From: Alcaligenaceae bacterium
GTDB lineage: Bacteria; Pseudomonadota; Gammaproteobacteria; Burkholderiales; Burkholderiaceae_B
DNA length: 45,669 nt
NCBI GenBank assembly: GCA_030452305.1
Contig: JAKDMO010000001.1
Coordinates: 1 to 45,669, forward strand
Direction of reading: 5' to 3'
Each line of letters opens with the position of its first letter. Within the stretch, counting starts at the first letter, position 1. Shown in pieces: positions 30,881-39,635 of this stretch. The translations under genes and the position numbers were made by a program. Below the pieces are notes generated by a model. It searched no databases, was not told the DNA's origin, and saw only the letters and a list, made by a program, of their open reading frames with translations.

Positions 30881-31247
30881 GGCGGGCCGCGCGCTGCGCA
30901 CGCTTGGCCGGACGCACGTAGAAAATCGTACTCAGGTAGAGGCCCAGCGACAGGACAATTTCAAGGCCCGCCAACCACATTGACGTCACCGAAATATCCG
31001 ACCAGGCGCGCACCGCGCCCTCCATCAAATACAGCAGGCTGAGCATTGCCGTCCACTGCATGGTGTAGACGCTGCCTTTAAGCACGCCGCGCAAGGGCAG
31101 CAATAGGGGGACCGCCTTCAGGGCCAGCAGGGTGCCGCCCGGCAGCAAGGGCGCCCACCATAGCTCCCACCCCAGGCATAGAACCGTCAAAGCAGTCAGG
31201 AAAAAGACGGCGGCCCAGTGCAGGCGCGAATTCAGTTGAACATTCAT
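30873..31247 (-). CDS. DUF2069-family membrane protein
   Basis: LCLGWELWWAPL.PGGT.LALKA.PL..PLRGVLKG..YTMQW...YLMEGAVRA; ATG at 31247. Confidence 0.82.
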   Translation of the reverse strand: MNVQLNSRLHWAAVFFLTALTVLCLGWELWWAPLLPGGTLLALKAVPLLLPLRGVLKGSVYTMQWTAMLSLLYLMEGAVRAWSDISVTSMWLAGLEIVLSLGLYLSTIFYVRPAKRAQRAARHA

Positions 31248-31285
31248 ACTGTTATTATCACCGAAACCAGCCGATCGAGCATGCC

Positions 31286-32590
31286 ATGACGGGCACCCCC
31301 GCCTCTCCGGAACCACGCGACACGCCCCGGCCGAAATTGGGCCTGCGCAATCCCTACCTGCGACAGATGCTGCGCTTCGCCCTGGGTTTTGCCGTCGACA
31401 AAAAGCTGACCCGCGTGGCCAGCAGCCTGACATTCACCACCATTCTGGCCATTGTTCCCCTGCTGGCCGTCGTGCTGGCGCTGTTCACGGCGTTTCCCCT
31501 GTTCGGCGCATTCCGCGTGGCGCTGGAATCGTTCCTGACCGAAAGCCTGCTGCCCCCTTCGGTGTCGGACACCATCATGGGCTACCTGAACCAGTTCGCC
31601 TCACAGGCCTCGGGCCTGACGGCCCTGGGCAGTGTGTTTCTGGTGGTCACCTCGATCATGCTGATCATGACCATCGACGCCGCGTTCAATGAAATCTGGC
31701 ATGTGAAAAAGCAGCGCCCCATGCGTCAACGCCTGCTGGTGTACTGGGCCATCATCACCCTGGGGCCGATCCTGACGGGCGCCAGCCTGTGGGCCTCGTC
31801 CATCCTGCTGCGCGAGTCCCTGGGATATATCGGCGATGTATCCGCATGGCTGAGCCTGCTGCTCTCGGTCGTCCCGCTGGTCGCGGCATCACTGGGATTC
31901 ACCGCACTGTACGTAGTCGTGCCAAACTGCCGCGTCCTGTGGCGCGACGCCCTGCTGGGCGGGGTTGGATGCGCCGTGATCCTGGGGATCATGAAATCGG
32001 CCTTCACCTGGTACCTGACGCAGTTTCCCTCGTACACCGTGATCTATGGCACGTTTGCGACCCTGCCGATATTCCTGCTGTGGGTCTATCTGTCGTGGCT
32101 GGTGGTACTAATGGGCGCCATGGTGGCCTCGCTGCTGCCCGCGCTGCGCCACCAGCGTTGGGCGCTGGGACGGCGCCGGGGCGCGCATTTCGTGGATGCC
32201 CTGCATATCCTGCAGGCCCTGTGGATCGCGCGCAACAGTGTGCCGCCCGGGCGCAGCTTGGGCTTCCTGGAGGCTCATTTGCGGATCCACCCCGATGCCT
32301 TGCTCACCACGCTGCAGACCCTCACGGATCTGGGCTACATCACCAATACCCAGGACGCGGACCGCTGGGTCATGGCCTGCGATCCGGTGCACGCGCAGAT
32401 CGGCCCGATCGTCGACAGGCTGCTGATCGATCGGTCGCAAGCCGGCTTGTCGCCGCAATTTGCACAAGCCCTAGCGCGGGCCCTGGAGGGGAAAACAGAT
32501 TCCCTAGACAGCCTGTTTGCGCAAGCGCTATCGGAAAACGATACGATGGTGCACAATGACACTACCACCCTGCCGAGCAGCCAAGGATGA
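31286..32590 (+). CDS. YihY/BrkB-family inner membrane protein with C-terminal extension
   Basis: ASSLTFTTILAIVP, AFNEIWHV, YWAIITLGP, YTVIYGTFATLPIFLLWVYLSW; about 140 aa soluble tail. Confidence 0.9.
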   Translation: MTGTPASPEPRDTPRPKLGLRNPYLRQMLRFALGFAVDKKLTRVASSLTFTTILAIVPLLAVVLALFTAFPLFGAFRVALESFLTESLLPPSVSDTIMGYLNQFASQASGLTALGSVFLVVTSIMLIMTIDAAFNEIWHVKKQRPMRQRLLVYWAIITLGPILTGASLWASSILLRESLGYIGDVSAWLSLLLSVVPLVAASLGFTALYVVVPNCRVLWRDALLGGVGCAVILGIMKSAFTWYLTQFPSYTVIYGTFATLPIFLLWVYLSWLVVLMGAMVASLLPALRHQRWALGRRRGAHFVDALHILQALWIARNSVPPGRSLGFLEAHLRIHPDALLTTLQTLTDLGYITNTQDADRWVMACDPVHAQIGPIVDRLLIDRSQAGLSPQFAQALARALEGKTDSLDSLFAQALSENDTMVHNDTTTLPSSQG

Positions 32591-33066
32591 CGCATATGCT
32601 ACAAGTCAATGAGATCCTCCGGGTCAAGGGCCATACCCTGTATACAGGGACGCCCGACATGCCCGTGAGCCAGGCGGTCGAATCCATGAGCCAGCTGGAC
32701 ATCGGCTCGCTCGTGATCATGGAACACGGCGAACTCGTCGGCATGCTGACCTTTCGCGAAATCATCCGGCACATGAATGCCCACGCCAACGATGCCGGGC
32801 AGTTCACTGTGCGCAGCATCATGGATGACGCGCCGGTCAGCGTATCGCCCAATACCAATTTCGACGAAGTTCAGCGGCTGATGCTCGACAAACACGCACG
32901 CTACATCCCGGTCATGGACGGCCCCACGCTAATGGGGGTGATTTCCTTTTATGACATGGCCCGTGCGATCGTCGAGGCCCAGCAATTCGAAAACGACATG
33001 CTGAAGGCCTATATCCGCGACTGGCCCGCCGACGCGGAATCCGAAGCCCCGCGCAAACAACTCTAG
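32587..33066 (+). CDS. CBS-domain pair protein
   Basis: ILRVKG...DIGSLVIMEHGELVGMLTFREII...HARYIPVMDG...GVISFYD; ATGA overlap with yihY. Confidence 0.9.
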   Translation: MTHMLQVNEILRVKGHTLYTGTPDMPVSQAVESMSQLDIGSLVIMEHGELVGMLTFREIIRHMNAHANDAGQFTVRSIMDDAPVSVSPNTNFDEVQRLMLDKHARYIPVMDGPTLMGVISFYDMARAIVEAQQFENDMLKAYIRDWPADAESEAPRKQL

Positions 33067-34046
33067 ATCAGTGCTGCCCAGGCGCGACGCAGCACTGCGG
33101 GCCCTTCAGCACGCAAATTGACCGGATCTGACAGGATCCGGCGCCACTGGCGCGCACCCGCGCGACCCGACATCCATCCCAGCACACCACGCAGCATGAT
33201 ATGCAAGGGCACGCCCTGCGCAGTTTGGCGGGCGGCGTATGCCAGGAATGACTCCAGAATCTGCAAGGGTTCGGCAATCGCCTGATCCGGCGCGATCACC
33301 CGATTCAGATCCGACAAAATCGCAGGCTGGTGCCAGGCGGCGCGACCCAGCATGACGCCATCAAGGCGTTTCATCCACTGGGTGCATGTTTCGACATCTA
33401 CCAGCCCGCCGTTCAGCACGATGCGCGCGTCGGGAAAATCCTGCTTCAGGCGTACAGCGTACTCGTAGCGCAGCGGCGGTTTTTCGCGGTTGTCCTTGGG
33501 CGACAGGCCCTTCAATACAGCATTGCGCGCGTGCACGATAAATACGCGGCAGCCCGTGTCGTATAGGGTGCCCACGAAATCGCGCACAAAGGCGTAGGAG
33601 TCGTCGTAATCCAGGCCCAGGCGGTGCTTCACCGTCACCGGGATGGATACCGCATCCTGCATGGCCCGGATGCAATCGGCCACCAGCGCGGGCTCGGCCA
33701 TCAGGCAGGCCCCGAAAGAACCGCGCTGCACGCGTTCGGACGGGCAGCCGCAATTCAGGTTCACCTCGTCGTAGCCCCATTGCTCGGCCAGACGTGCGCA
33801 GTGGGCCAGGGCTGCCGGTTCGCTGCCTCCCAACTGCAGGGCCAGCGGGTGCTCGGCGGCGTTGTAATCCAGATGCCGCGCCACATCGCCATGCAGCAGT
33901 GCCCCGGTCGTGATCATCTCGGTATACAGACGCGCCTGCGGCGCCAGCATGCGATGAAACATGCGGCAGTGGCGATCAGTCACATCGATCATGGGGGCGA
34001 CACACAGGCGCCAGGCGCCTTCGTCGATTGGGGAATTCGTACTCAT
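33063..34046 (-). CDS. dusA: tRNA-dihydrouridine(20/20a) synthase
   Basis: VAPMIDVTDRHCR, ALQLGGS, NLNCGCPSERVQ, VTVKHRLG, VHARNA..KGLSPKDNR. Confidence 0.95.
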   Translation of the reverse strand: MSTNSPIDEGAWRLCVAPMIDVTDRHCRMFHRMLAPQARLYTEMITTGALLHGDVARHLDYNAAEHPLALQLGGSEPAALAHCARLAEQWGYDEVNLNCGCPSERVQRGSFGACLMAEPALVADCIRAMQDAVSIPVTVKHRLGLDYDDSYAFVRDFVGTLYDTGCRVFIVHARNAVLKGLSPKDNREKPPLRYEYAVRLKQDFPDARIVLNGGLVDVETCTQWMKRLDGVMLGRAAWHQPAILSDLNRVIAPDQAIAEPLQILESFLAYAARQTAQGVPLHIMLRGVLGWMSGRAGARQWRRILSDPVNLRAEGPAVLRRAWAALI

Positions 34047-34148
34047 GGAAATATTTTACCTGCTCGCGCAAAGCAGCCTGCGGCCAGCTAGACTAAAATC
34101 ATCTGTCTGATCACTTTTGGCCCGAACGGCCCGAGCGCATCCTCATCC

Positions 34149-35117
34149 ATGGCCGTATTCACCACCGTCACCGAAGACGACGCACACGCACTGCTGACCC
34201 GCTACGACCTGGGTGACCTAGTCGCCCTGCGCGGCATCACCGCCGGTATTGAAAACACCAATTATTTCCTGGACACGACGCAGGGCGCCTACGTGCTGAC
34301 GCTGTTCGAGGTGCTGACGATCGAACAACTGCCCTTTTATATCGAACTGATGCACCACCTGTCCGGCCGAGGCGTACCCGTACCCGAACCGCAGACACTG
34401 CGCGACGGCACACGCATCACCCAGATGCATGGCAAGCCCACCGTCCTGGTCACGCGTCTGAACGGGGGCTACGAGCCGGAGCCCGGTCCTGTCCACTGCG
34501 GACTGACGGGTGAAACCCTGGCGCACGCCCACCTCGAAGGCCGGGATTTTTCCATCCAGCAGCCCAATCTGCGCGGCCTGGACTGGTGGATCGAAACGGC
34601 CCCGAAGGTTCGGCCGTTCCTGAACGACAGCCAGGCTGCCTTGCTGGATCAGACTCTGACCGAGCAGATCGAGTTCGCCCAATCCGCCCTCTATCAGGAC
34701 CTGCCTGCGGGGCCGTCACATTGCGATCTGTTTCGCGACAATGTACTGTTTGGCGGCACCTACGACGTCCCGCACATGGGCGGTTTCATCGATTTCTATT
34801 TCGCAGGCTGCGACACCTGGGTGTTTGACGTCGCGGTCAGCGTAAACGACTGGTGCATACAGCGCGCCACAGGCGCCTTCATACGCAAACGGGCCTCGGC
34901 CTGGCTGGCGGCCTACCACGCCGTGCGCCCCTTTACCGACGCCGAACGCGCCGCCTGGCCCACGATGCTGCGCGCCGCCGCCCTGCGATTCTGGCTATCA
35001 CGACTGTACGATTTCCATATCCCGCGCCCGGCCCAGACCCTGAAGCCGCACGACCCCCGCCACTTTGAGCGTATTCTGCGGCTGCGCAGCACCAGCACGG
35101 CCCCGGCCCTGCCCTGA
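34149..35117 (+). CDS. thrB: Homoserine kinase, type II (APH fold)
   Basis: MAVFT, GIENTNYF, HCDLFRDN, IDFYFA, RFWLSRL. Confidence 0.95.
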   Translation: MAVFTTVTEDDAHALLTRYDLGDLVALRGITAGIENTNYFLDTTQGAYVLTLFEVLTIEQLPFYIELMHHLSGRGVPVPEPQTLRDGTRITQMHGKPTVLVTRLNGGYEPEPGPVHCGLTGETLAHAHLEGRDFSIQQPNLRGLDWWIETAPKVRPFLNDSQAALLDQTLTEQIEFAQSALYQDLPAGPSHCDLFRDNVLFGGTYDVPHMGGFIDFYFAGCDTWVFDVAVSVNDWCIQRATGAFIRKRASAWLAAYHAVRPFTDAERAAWPTMLRAAALRFWLSRLYDFHIPRPAQTLKPHDPRHFERILRLRSTSTAPALP

Positions 35118-35131
35118 TCAAAACCGACACC

Positions 35132-35908
35132 ATGCAAGCAGCGATTCTTCCCCTTTCGGCCGGTTGGTACTGGATCACCCAGGGCTACGCCCTATTCCGG
35201 CGCCAGCCACTAGCCATGTTTTTCTGGAGCATGCTGACCAGCCTGCTGATCATGATCAGCTACCTGATCCCCCTGATCGGCCAGATCGTGCTGATCATCT
35301 TTACCCCCCTGCTGACGTTCCTGACACTGTGCGCGTGTCGCAAAATCGACACCGGAATACGCATGATGCCGGGCATGTGGCTGCTGCCGCTGCGCGAACA
35401 GGGCGTGAAGCGGCGACTGGTCAGGCTGGGGCTGGCCTACCTGGCCAGCAGCTTCATTGGCGCGCTGATCGCCACCCTGCCCTTTGTGAACTCGCTGATG
35501 GGGGCCATCGACCCGGCCGGGGGCCAGATCGACTACGCCACGGTGTCAGCCGCAATGCGCGGCCCGCTGATCACCTTTGGCATCCTGTACGTACTGATTT
35601 CAGCGCTGTTCTGGCATGCACCCGCCCTGATCGGCTGGCACCGCATCGGCATGACGCAGGCCCTGTTCTTTTCCATGGTGGCCTGCTGGCGCAACAAATG
35701 GGGATTCCTGCTGTATGCCCTGAGCTGGGCCGCGATATTCTACGGCCTGGGCGCCGCGGGCGACTTCCTGGTGGCAGCGGGCGCAGGCGTCGGCTTGGTC
35801 CAGTGGATCACCATCCCCGTGAACGTCCTGGCCGCCGCCGTGCTGTATTGCAGCTTTTATCCCGCCTATATGACGATCTTTGAGCCCCAGGCAAAAGCCG
35901 CCGGGTAG
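35132..35908 (+). CDS. BPSS1780-family membrane protein
   Basis: GWYWITQGYALFRRQPL..., FWHAPALIGWH, ALFFSMVACWRNK; usual position after type II thrB. Confidence 0.82.
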   Translation: MQAAILPLSAGWYWITQGYALFRRQPLAMFFWSMLTSLLIMISYLIPLIGQIVLIIFTPLLTFLTLCACRKIDTGIRMMPGMWLLPLREQGVKRRLVRLGLAYLASSFIGALIATLPFVNSLMGAIDPAGGQIDYATVSAAMRGPLITFGILYVLISALFWHAPALIGWHRIGMTQALFFSMVACWRNKWGFLLYALSWAAIFYGLGAAGDFLVAAGAGVGLVQWITIPVNVLAAAVLYCSFYPAYMTIFEPQAKAAG

Positions 35909-36199
35909 TTCGATCACCATGCTCGCCCGCCAGGCGCCCGCCACGCGATTGGGGGCCAGATTGTGGCGCCAGCGCAATACACGGCCTTGGGCATCCAGAA
36001 ACACCACGTCAATCGGTCGGCGCAGCCCGAAGGTATGAATCGCGCGGCAGGGCCGGATCAGCAGACCATCGTGCCCGGGCCCAAAGGGCACGGCCCACAG
36101 GCCCAGCAGACGGGCGAAAAAGCCACGTGCGACACGCAGCCTGAGTACGGGCGCGGGCTCTGGTGCGACCCGGATAACAATCAGATCAGAATCCGGCAT
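35600..36199 (-). CDS. DUF192-family protein, last gene of the Tad cluster, with a read-through tail antisense to the neighbouring gene
   Basis: ARGFFARLLGL...GLLIRPCRAIHTFGLRRPIDVVFLD...VIELPGG in the first ~100 aa; the rest overlaps the BPSS1780 gene. Confidence 0.72.
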   Translation of the reverse strand: MPDSDLIVIRVAPEPAPVLRLRVARGFFARLLGLWAVPFGPGHDGLLIRPCRAIHTFGLRRPIDVVFLDAQGRVLRWRHNLAPNRVAGAWRASMVIELPGGFCLGLKDRHIGGIKAAIQHGGGQDVHGDGDPLDQADACARCHQEVARGAQAVEYRGPAQGIQQESPFVAPAGHHGKEQGLRHADAVPADQGGCMPEQR

Positions 36200-37049
36200 C
36201 GAACAGCTTTACCGCGACCGGAAATGCGATGATCAAAAAGGTACACGGGAAAATGCAGGTCACCATCGGAAACAGCATTTTCACGGGGGCTTCAAGTGCG
36301 AGTTTTTCCGCGCGCAAAAAGCGCTCGCTGCGCTGCTCGGCAGCCTGGGCGCGCAATAAAGGCCCGAGGTTCATGCCCAGTTGATCGGCTTGCTCCAACG
36401 CAAGCACCAGGCCGTTTAACGCCTGCACCCCGCACTGATCCGCCCATTGTCGCAGCGCGCGGGGGCGCGCCACACCCGCCCGCATCGCCGATAGTGCCTG
36501 GCCCAGGGAGTCACGCAAGGGGCCTTCGGGTGCATGCCGCGCGGCCTGTTCGAGCGCACCATGCAGACTCAGGCCGGCCTCGACGCACAAGGTCATCAGG
36601 TCGAGCATAAAGGGCAGTTCACGCAGCATCCTGGCACGTCGGATCCGACCGAGCCTGCCCAGGCTGTAGTCCGGCCACCAGAATCCCGGCACTGCGGCAC
36701 ACAGCCCGCCCATCAGCATTCCCGAAGCGCCCGCATCGGGCCAGACAGACATCACCAGGACCCCTGCCCCAGCCGCCAGAACAGCCAGCACGATGCGCAA
36801 GGCCAGCCAGTGCTCGACCTGCCAGGCCCCATCCAGGCCGGCGCGTTGGACCAGGGTCGTGAAACGGCGGCGCATACGCCACGAAACCAGCGTGGCGCAG
36901 CCCGGCCCCAGTGCACGCACCCAGGGTGACAAGCAGCGTAGACCCCCGATCGGCACGACGCTATCCGATAGCCCCAACCACGGGCGCCAGATCAGCCAGA
37001 CCCAGGCTGCGGCCGACACCCCTGCAAAGAACGCCGCCACCCACACCAT
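36186..37049 (-). CDS. tadC: Tad platform protein TadC (T2SS F family)
   Basis: ELPFMLDLMTLCVEAGLSL, RFLRAEKLALEAPVKMLFPMVTCIFP. Confidence 0.92.
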   Translation of the reverse strand: MVWVAAFFAGVSAAAWVWLIWRPWLGLSDSVVPIGGLRCLSPWVRALGPGCATLVSWRMRRRFTTLVQRAGLDGAWQVEHWLALRIVLAVLAAGAGVLVMSVWPDAGASGMLMGGLCAAVPGFWWPDYSLGRLGRIRRARMLRELPFMLDLMTLCVEAGLSLHGALEQAARHAPEGPLRDSLGQALSAMRAGVARPRALRQWADQCGVQALNGLVLALEQADQLGMNLGPLLRAQAAEQRSERFLRAEKLALEAPVKMLFPMVTCIFPCTFLIIAFPVAVKLFDAGF

Positions 37050-37071
37050 GCCACCCCCTTTTTTATATGGA

Positions 37072-37917
37072 CTAAACGTCGATGGCCACGATGCGGCGAA
37101 TCAGCATAATACCCAGACATTCGAGCACCAGAACCAGGCCCAGCACCACCCACCCGGGCCATGTCGTCCACAACAAAGACATGACCTCGGGCTCGAGGCT
37201 GTGCAGCACCGCCAACAAAAGCAGCGGCAAGCCGGCCATGATCCAGCTTTGCATCCTGCCCTGGGCAGTGAGCGCACGAACCCGCCCCATCCAGTGCCGG
37301 CGAGAGCGCAAGGTCTGAGCGATATTTTCCAGGGTTTCAGCCAAGCTGCCGCCACTTTGCGCTGCGATCGTCAGCGCCGAAACAACCAGACCGCAGGCCT
37401 GCGTCGGCATGCGTTGATGCAGATTTGCCAGCCCTTGCGAGAAGCTCACCCCCATGCGCTGTTCGCGCAGCATCAGCCCGAATTCCTGCGACAGCGGAGG
37501 CTCGGACTGGGTCACGACATGCTGCAATGCCCGCTGCATGCCCGAGCCTGCACGCAAGGCACCCGCCAGCGACTGCAACAGGCCGGGCAATTGGGTATCA
37601 AAGCGATGCTGCCTGCGCATGCGGATCTGCTGCAACACCCGACGAGGCGCCAGCAAAGCGACTGCCGCCACCAGGGTGGCCAGCCACCAACGCTGACTGA
37701 GCCAAAACACCAAGCCACCCAGCAGTGCACAGGCCAGTGTGAGCGCCACCCATAGCTGGGCTGGGTCGAGGAAAAGGAAAAACTCGTCGAAACGCAGACG
37801 GGCCTCATCCTTCATGCGCGATTCATATGAACGGTACGTTCGTATCAGGCGATCGAATGCAAACCAACTGGCCCCCGTCACCAGCGCCATGACCAGAAAG
37901 AGAGCCAGCCCGATCAT
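37072..37917 (-). CDS. tadB: Tad platform protein TadB (T2SS F family)
   Basis: FDTQLPGLL..LAGALRAG, PLSQEF, GGSLAETL, VRALTAQGRMQ; ATG 37917 overlaps the tadA stop. Confidence 0.92.
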   Translation of the reverse strand: MIGLALFLVMALVTGASWFAFDRLIRTYRSYESRMKDEARLRFDEFFLFLDPAQLWVALTLACALLGGLVFWLSQRWWLATLVAAVALLAPRRVLQQIRMRRQHRFDTQLPGLLQSLAGALRAGSGMQRALQHVVTQSEPPLSQEFGLMLREQRMGVSFSQGLANLHQRMPTQACGLVVSALTIAAQSGGSLAETLENIAQTLRSRRHWMGRVRALTAQGRMQSWIMAGLPLLLLAVLHSLEPEVMSLLWTTWPGWVVLGLVLVLECLGIMLIRRIVAIDV

Positions 37918-39632
37918 GTGCCCGCCTGCGCATCGAGCCAGGCGTGACCCTCGCAGACCGTCCGGGCGGTAAAAAGCGCCATATCCAGAGGTTCGGCGGC
38001 GCCCTCGCGTACGAAGCAATCCGGCGCCAGGCCTTTGCCCAGGTAAACGGCGGGCGGCCCCATCTGCCCTTCAAAGAGTTCCTGCAACTGGATGCGGCCG
38101 CTTTCGATACCGGTGACCTCCACGATCGAGGTAATCATACGGCGCCCATCGTGCACGCGCGCCTGCTGGACAATAATGTCGATACTGGATGCAATGTGCT
38201 CGCGTACCGCCGCCAATGGCAGGTCCATGCCGGCCATCAGGATCATGGTTTCAAGCCTGGCCAGGGCATCCCGGGGGCTATTCGCATGCAGGGTCGTCAA
38301 TGACCCTTCGTGGCCGGTGTTCATTGCTGCCAGCATATCGAAGGCCTCGCCCCCACGGCATTCCCCCACAACGATGCGGTCGGGCCGCATGCGCAGGGCA
38401 TTGCGCACCAGATCGCGGATGTCCACCCGCCCACGCCCCTCAAGGTTGGCGGGGCGCGCTTCAAGCGAGACCAGATGTGCGTGATTCAGGCGCAATTCGG
38501 CTGCGTCCTCGATCGTGACGATGCGTTCGCCCGCAGGGATGAAATTCGAAAGAATGTTCAACAGGCTGGTCTTGCCCGAACCCGTACCGCCAGAGATGAC
38601 GAGATTTTTTCGCCGTTGTACACACAGCGCCAAGAAGCGGCCCATCGAGGCATCCAGCGCACCTACCGCCAGCAGATCGTCCAACTGCAGACGCCTGGCG
38701 GGAAACTTGCGGATGGTGATACTGGCGCCACGCAGGGCGATGGGCGGAATCACGGCGTTGACACGCGACCCGTCGCGCAGGCGCGCATCCACCATGGGCG
38801 AGCTGTCGTCGATGCGCCGGCCCAGCGGCGCCACGATGCGCTCGATCACCCCAAGTACCGACTCGTCGCTACTGAAAGCCAATGGATGGCGCTGCAACCG
38901 TCCCCTGGATTCAACAAAGATCTCGTCATGGCGATTGACCATGATTTCGCTGATGTCGGGATCCGCCAGCAAGGGTTCCAGGGGCCCAAGACCCACGGCC
39001 TCGTCCACCAAAGCCTGAACGAGCGCATCACGGTCCACATCATCGGACAAGGCACGGTCGTCAGCGATCAGCTCACCGAGCACATGGGCCGCCTCGCCGC
39101 GCAAGGCCTCATCGCTCATTGCACCGATATCGCGACGACGCAACTGTAATGCCTGAACCAGCCGCTCGTGCAGCCGACGCTGATGCGTCAGCAAATCGAG
39201 CGATACGCCTGTCTGCACGATGGCTACAGATACGGGTGGTGCTGCGGATGGAGTGCCGTCGGCACTGCCTTGCAGCGGCCCGGGCTCGGACAGGCGCGCT
39301 GGGATTTCGGGAGCCAGGCCGGGCTGCGCAGGACCGGCTTCCGAGGGCAGGTCGCGCACCCGCATCAGGCACGGGCCAATGACGATTTCATCCCCGCAGC
39401 GCAAGGGCCCATACAAAGCCACACGCCGCCCGTTGACCTCAGTGCCGCCCAGCGATCCGTAGTCCTCAAGCCAGACCTCGGCATCGCGTATCTGGAAGCC
39501 GGCGTGCCGACGGGCGACCCGCCATGCCCGTATGGACAGGCCGCAGTCAGCTGACCTACCCACATCCAGAGGCAGCGAAAAGCGTCGCACATCCTCGCGC
39601 CCATACTCGAACTTCAGACCCAGTTCGATCAT
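37914..39632 (-). CDS. cpaF: Tad pilus ATPase TadA/CpaF with N-terminal FHA-like domain
   Basis: GLGPLEPLLADP, SPMVDARL.DGSRVNA, Walker A GGTGSGKT, ALRMRPDRIVVGE, TGHEGSLTTLHANS; residues 1-95 have the pattern VGR...HA...EDYGS..GTEVNG...GDEIVIG. Confidence 0.93.
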   Translation of the reverse strand: MIELGLKFEYGREDVRRFSLPLDVGRSADCGLSIRAWRVARRHAGFQIRDAEVWLEDYGSLGGTEVNGRRVALYGPLRCGDEIVIGPCLMRVRDLPSEAGPAQPGLAPEIPARLSEPGPLQGSADGTPSAAPPVSVAIVQTGVSLDLLTHQRRLHERLVQALQLRRRDIGAMSDEALRGEAAHVLGELIADDRALSDDVDRDALVQALVDEAVGLGPLEPLLADPDISEIMVNRHDEIFVESRGRLQRHPLAFSSDESVLGVIERIVAPLGRRIDDSSPMVDARLRDGSRVNAVIPPIALRGASITIRKFPARRLQLDDLLAVGALDASMGRFLALCVQRRKNLVISGGTGSGKTSLLNILSNFIPAGERIVTIEDAAELRLNHAHLVSLEARPANLEGRGRVDIRDLVRNALRMRPDRIVVGECRGGEAFDMLAAMNTGHEGSLTTLHANSPRDALARLETMILMAGMDLPLAAVREHIASSIDIIVQQARVHDGRRMITSIVEVTGIESGRIQLQELFEGQMGPPAVYLGKGLAPDCFVREGAAEPLDMALFTARTVCEGHAWLDAQAGT

Positions 39633-39635
39633 GAC

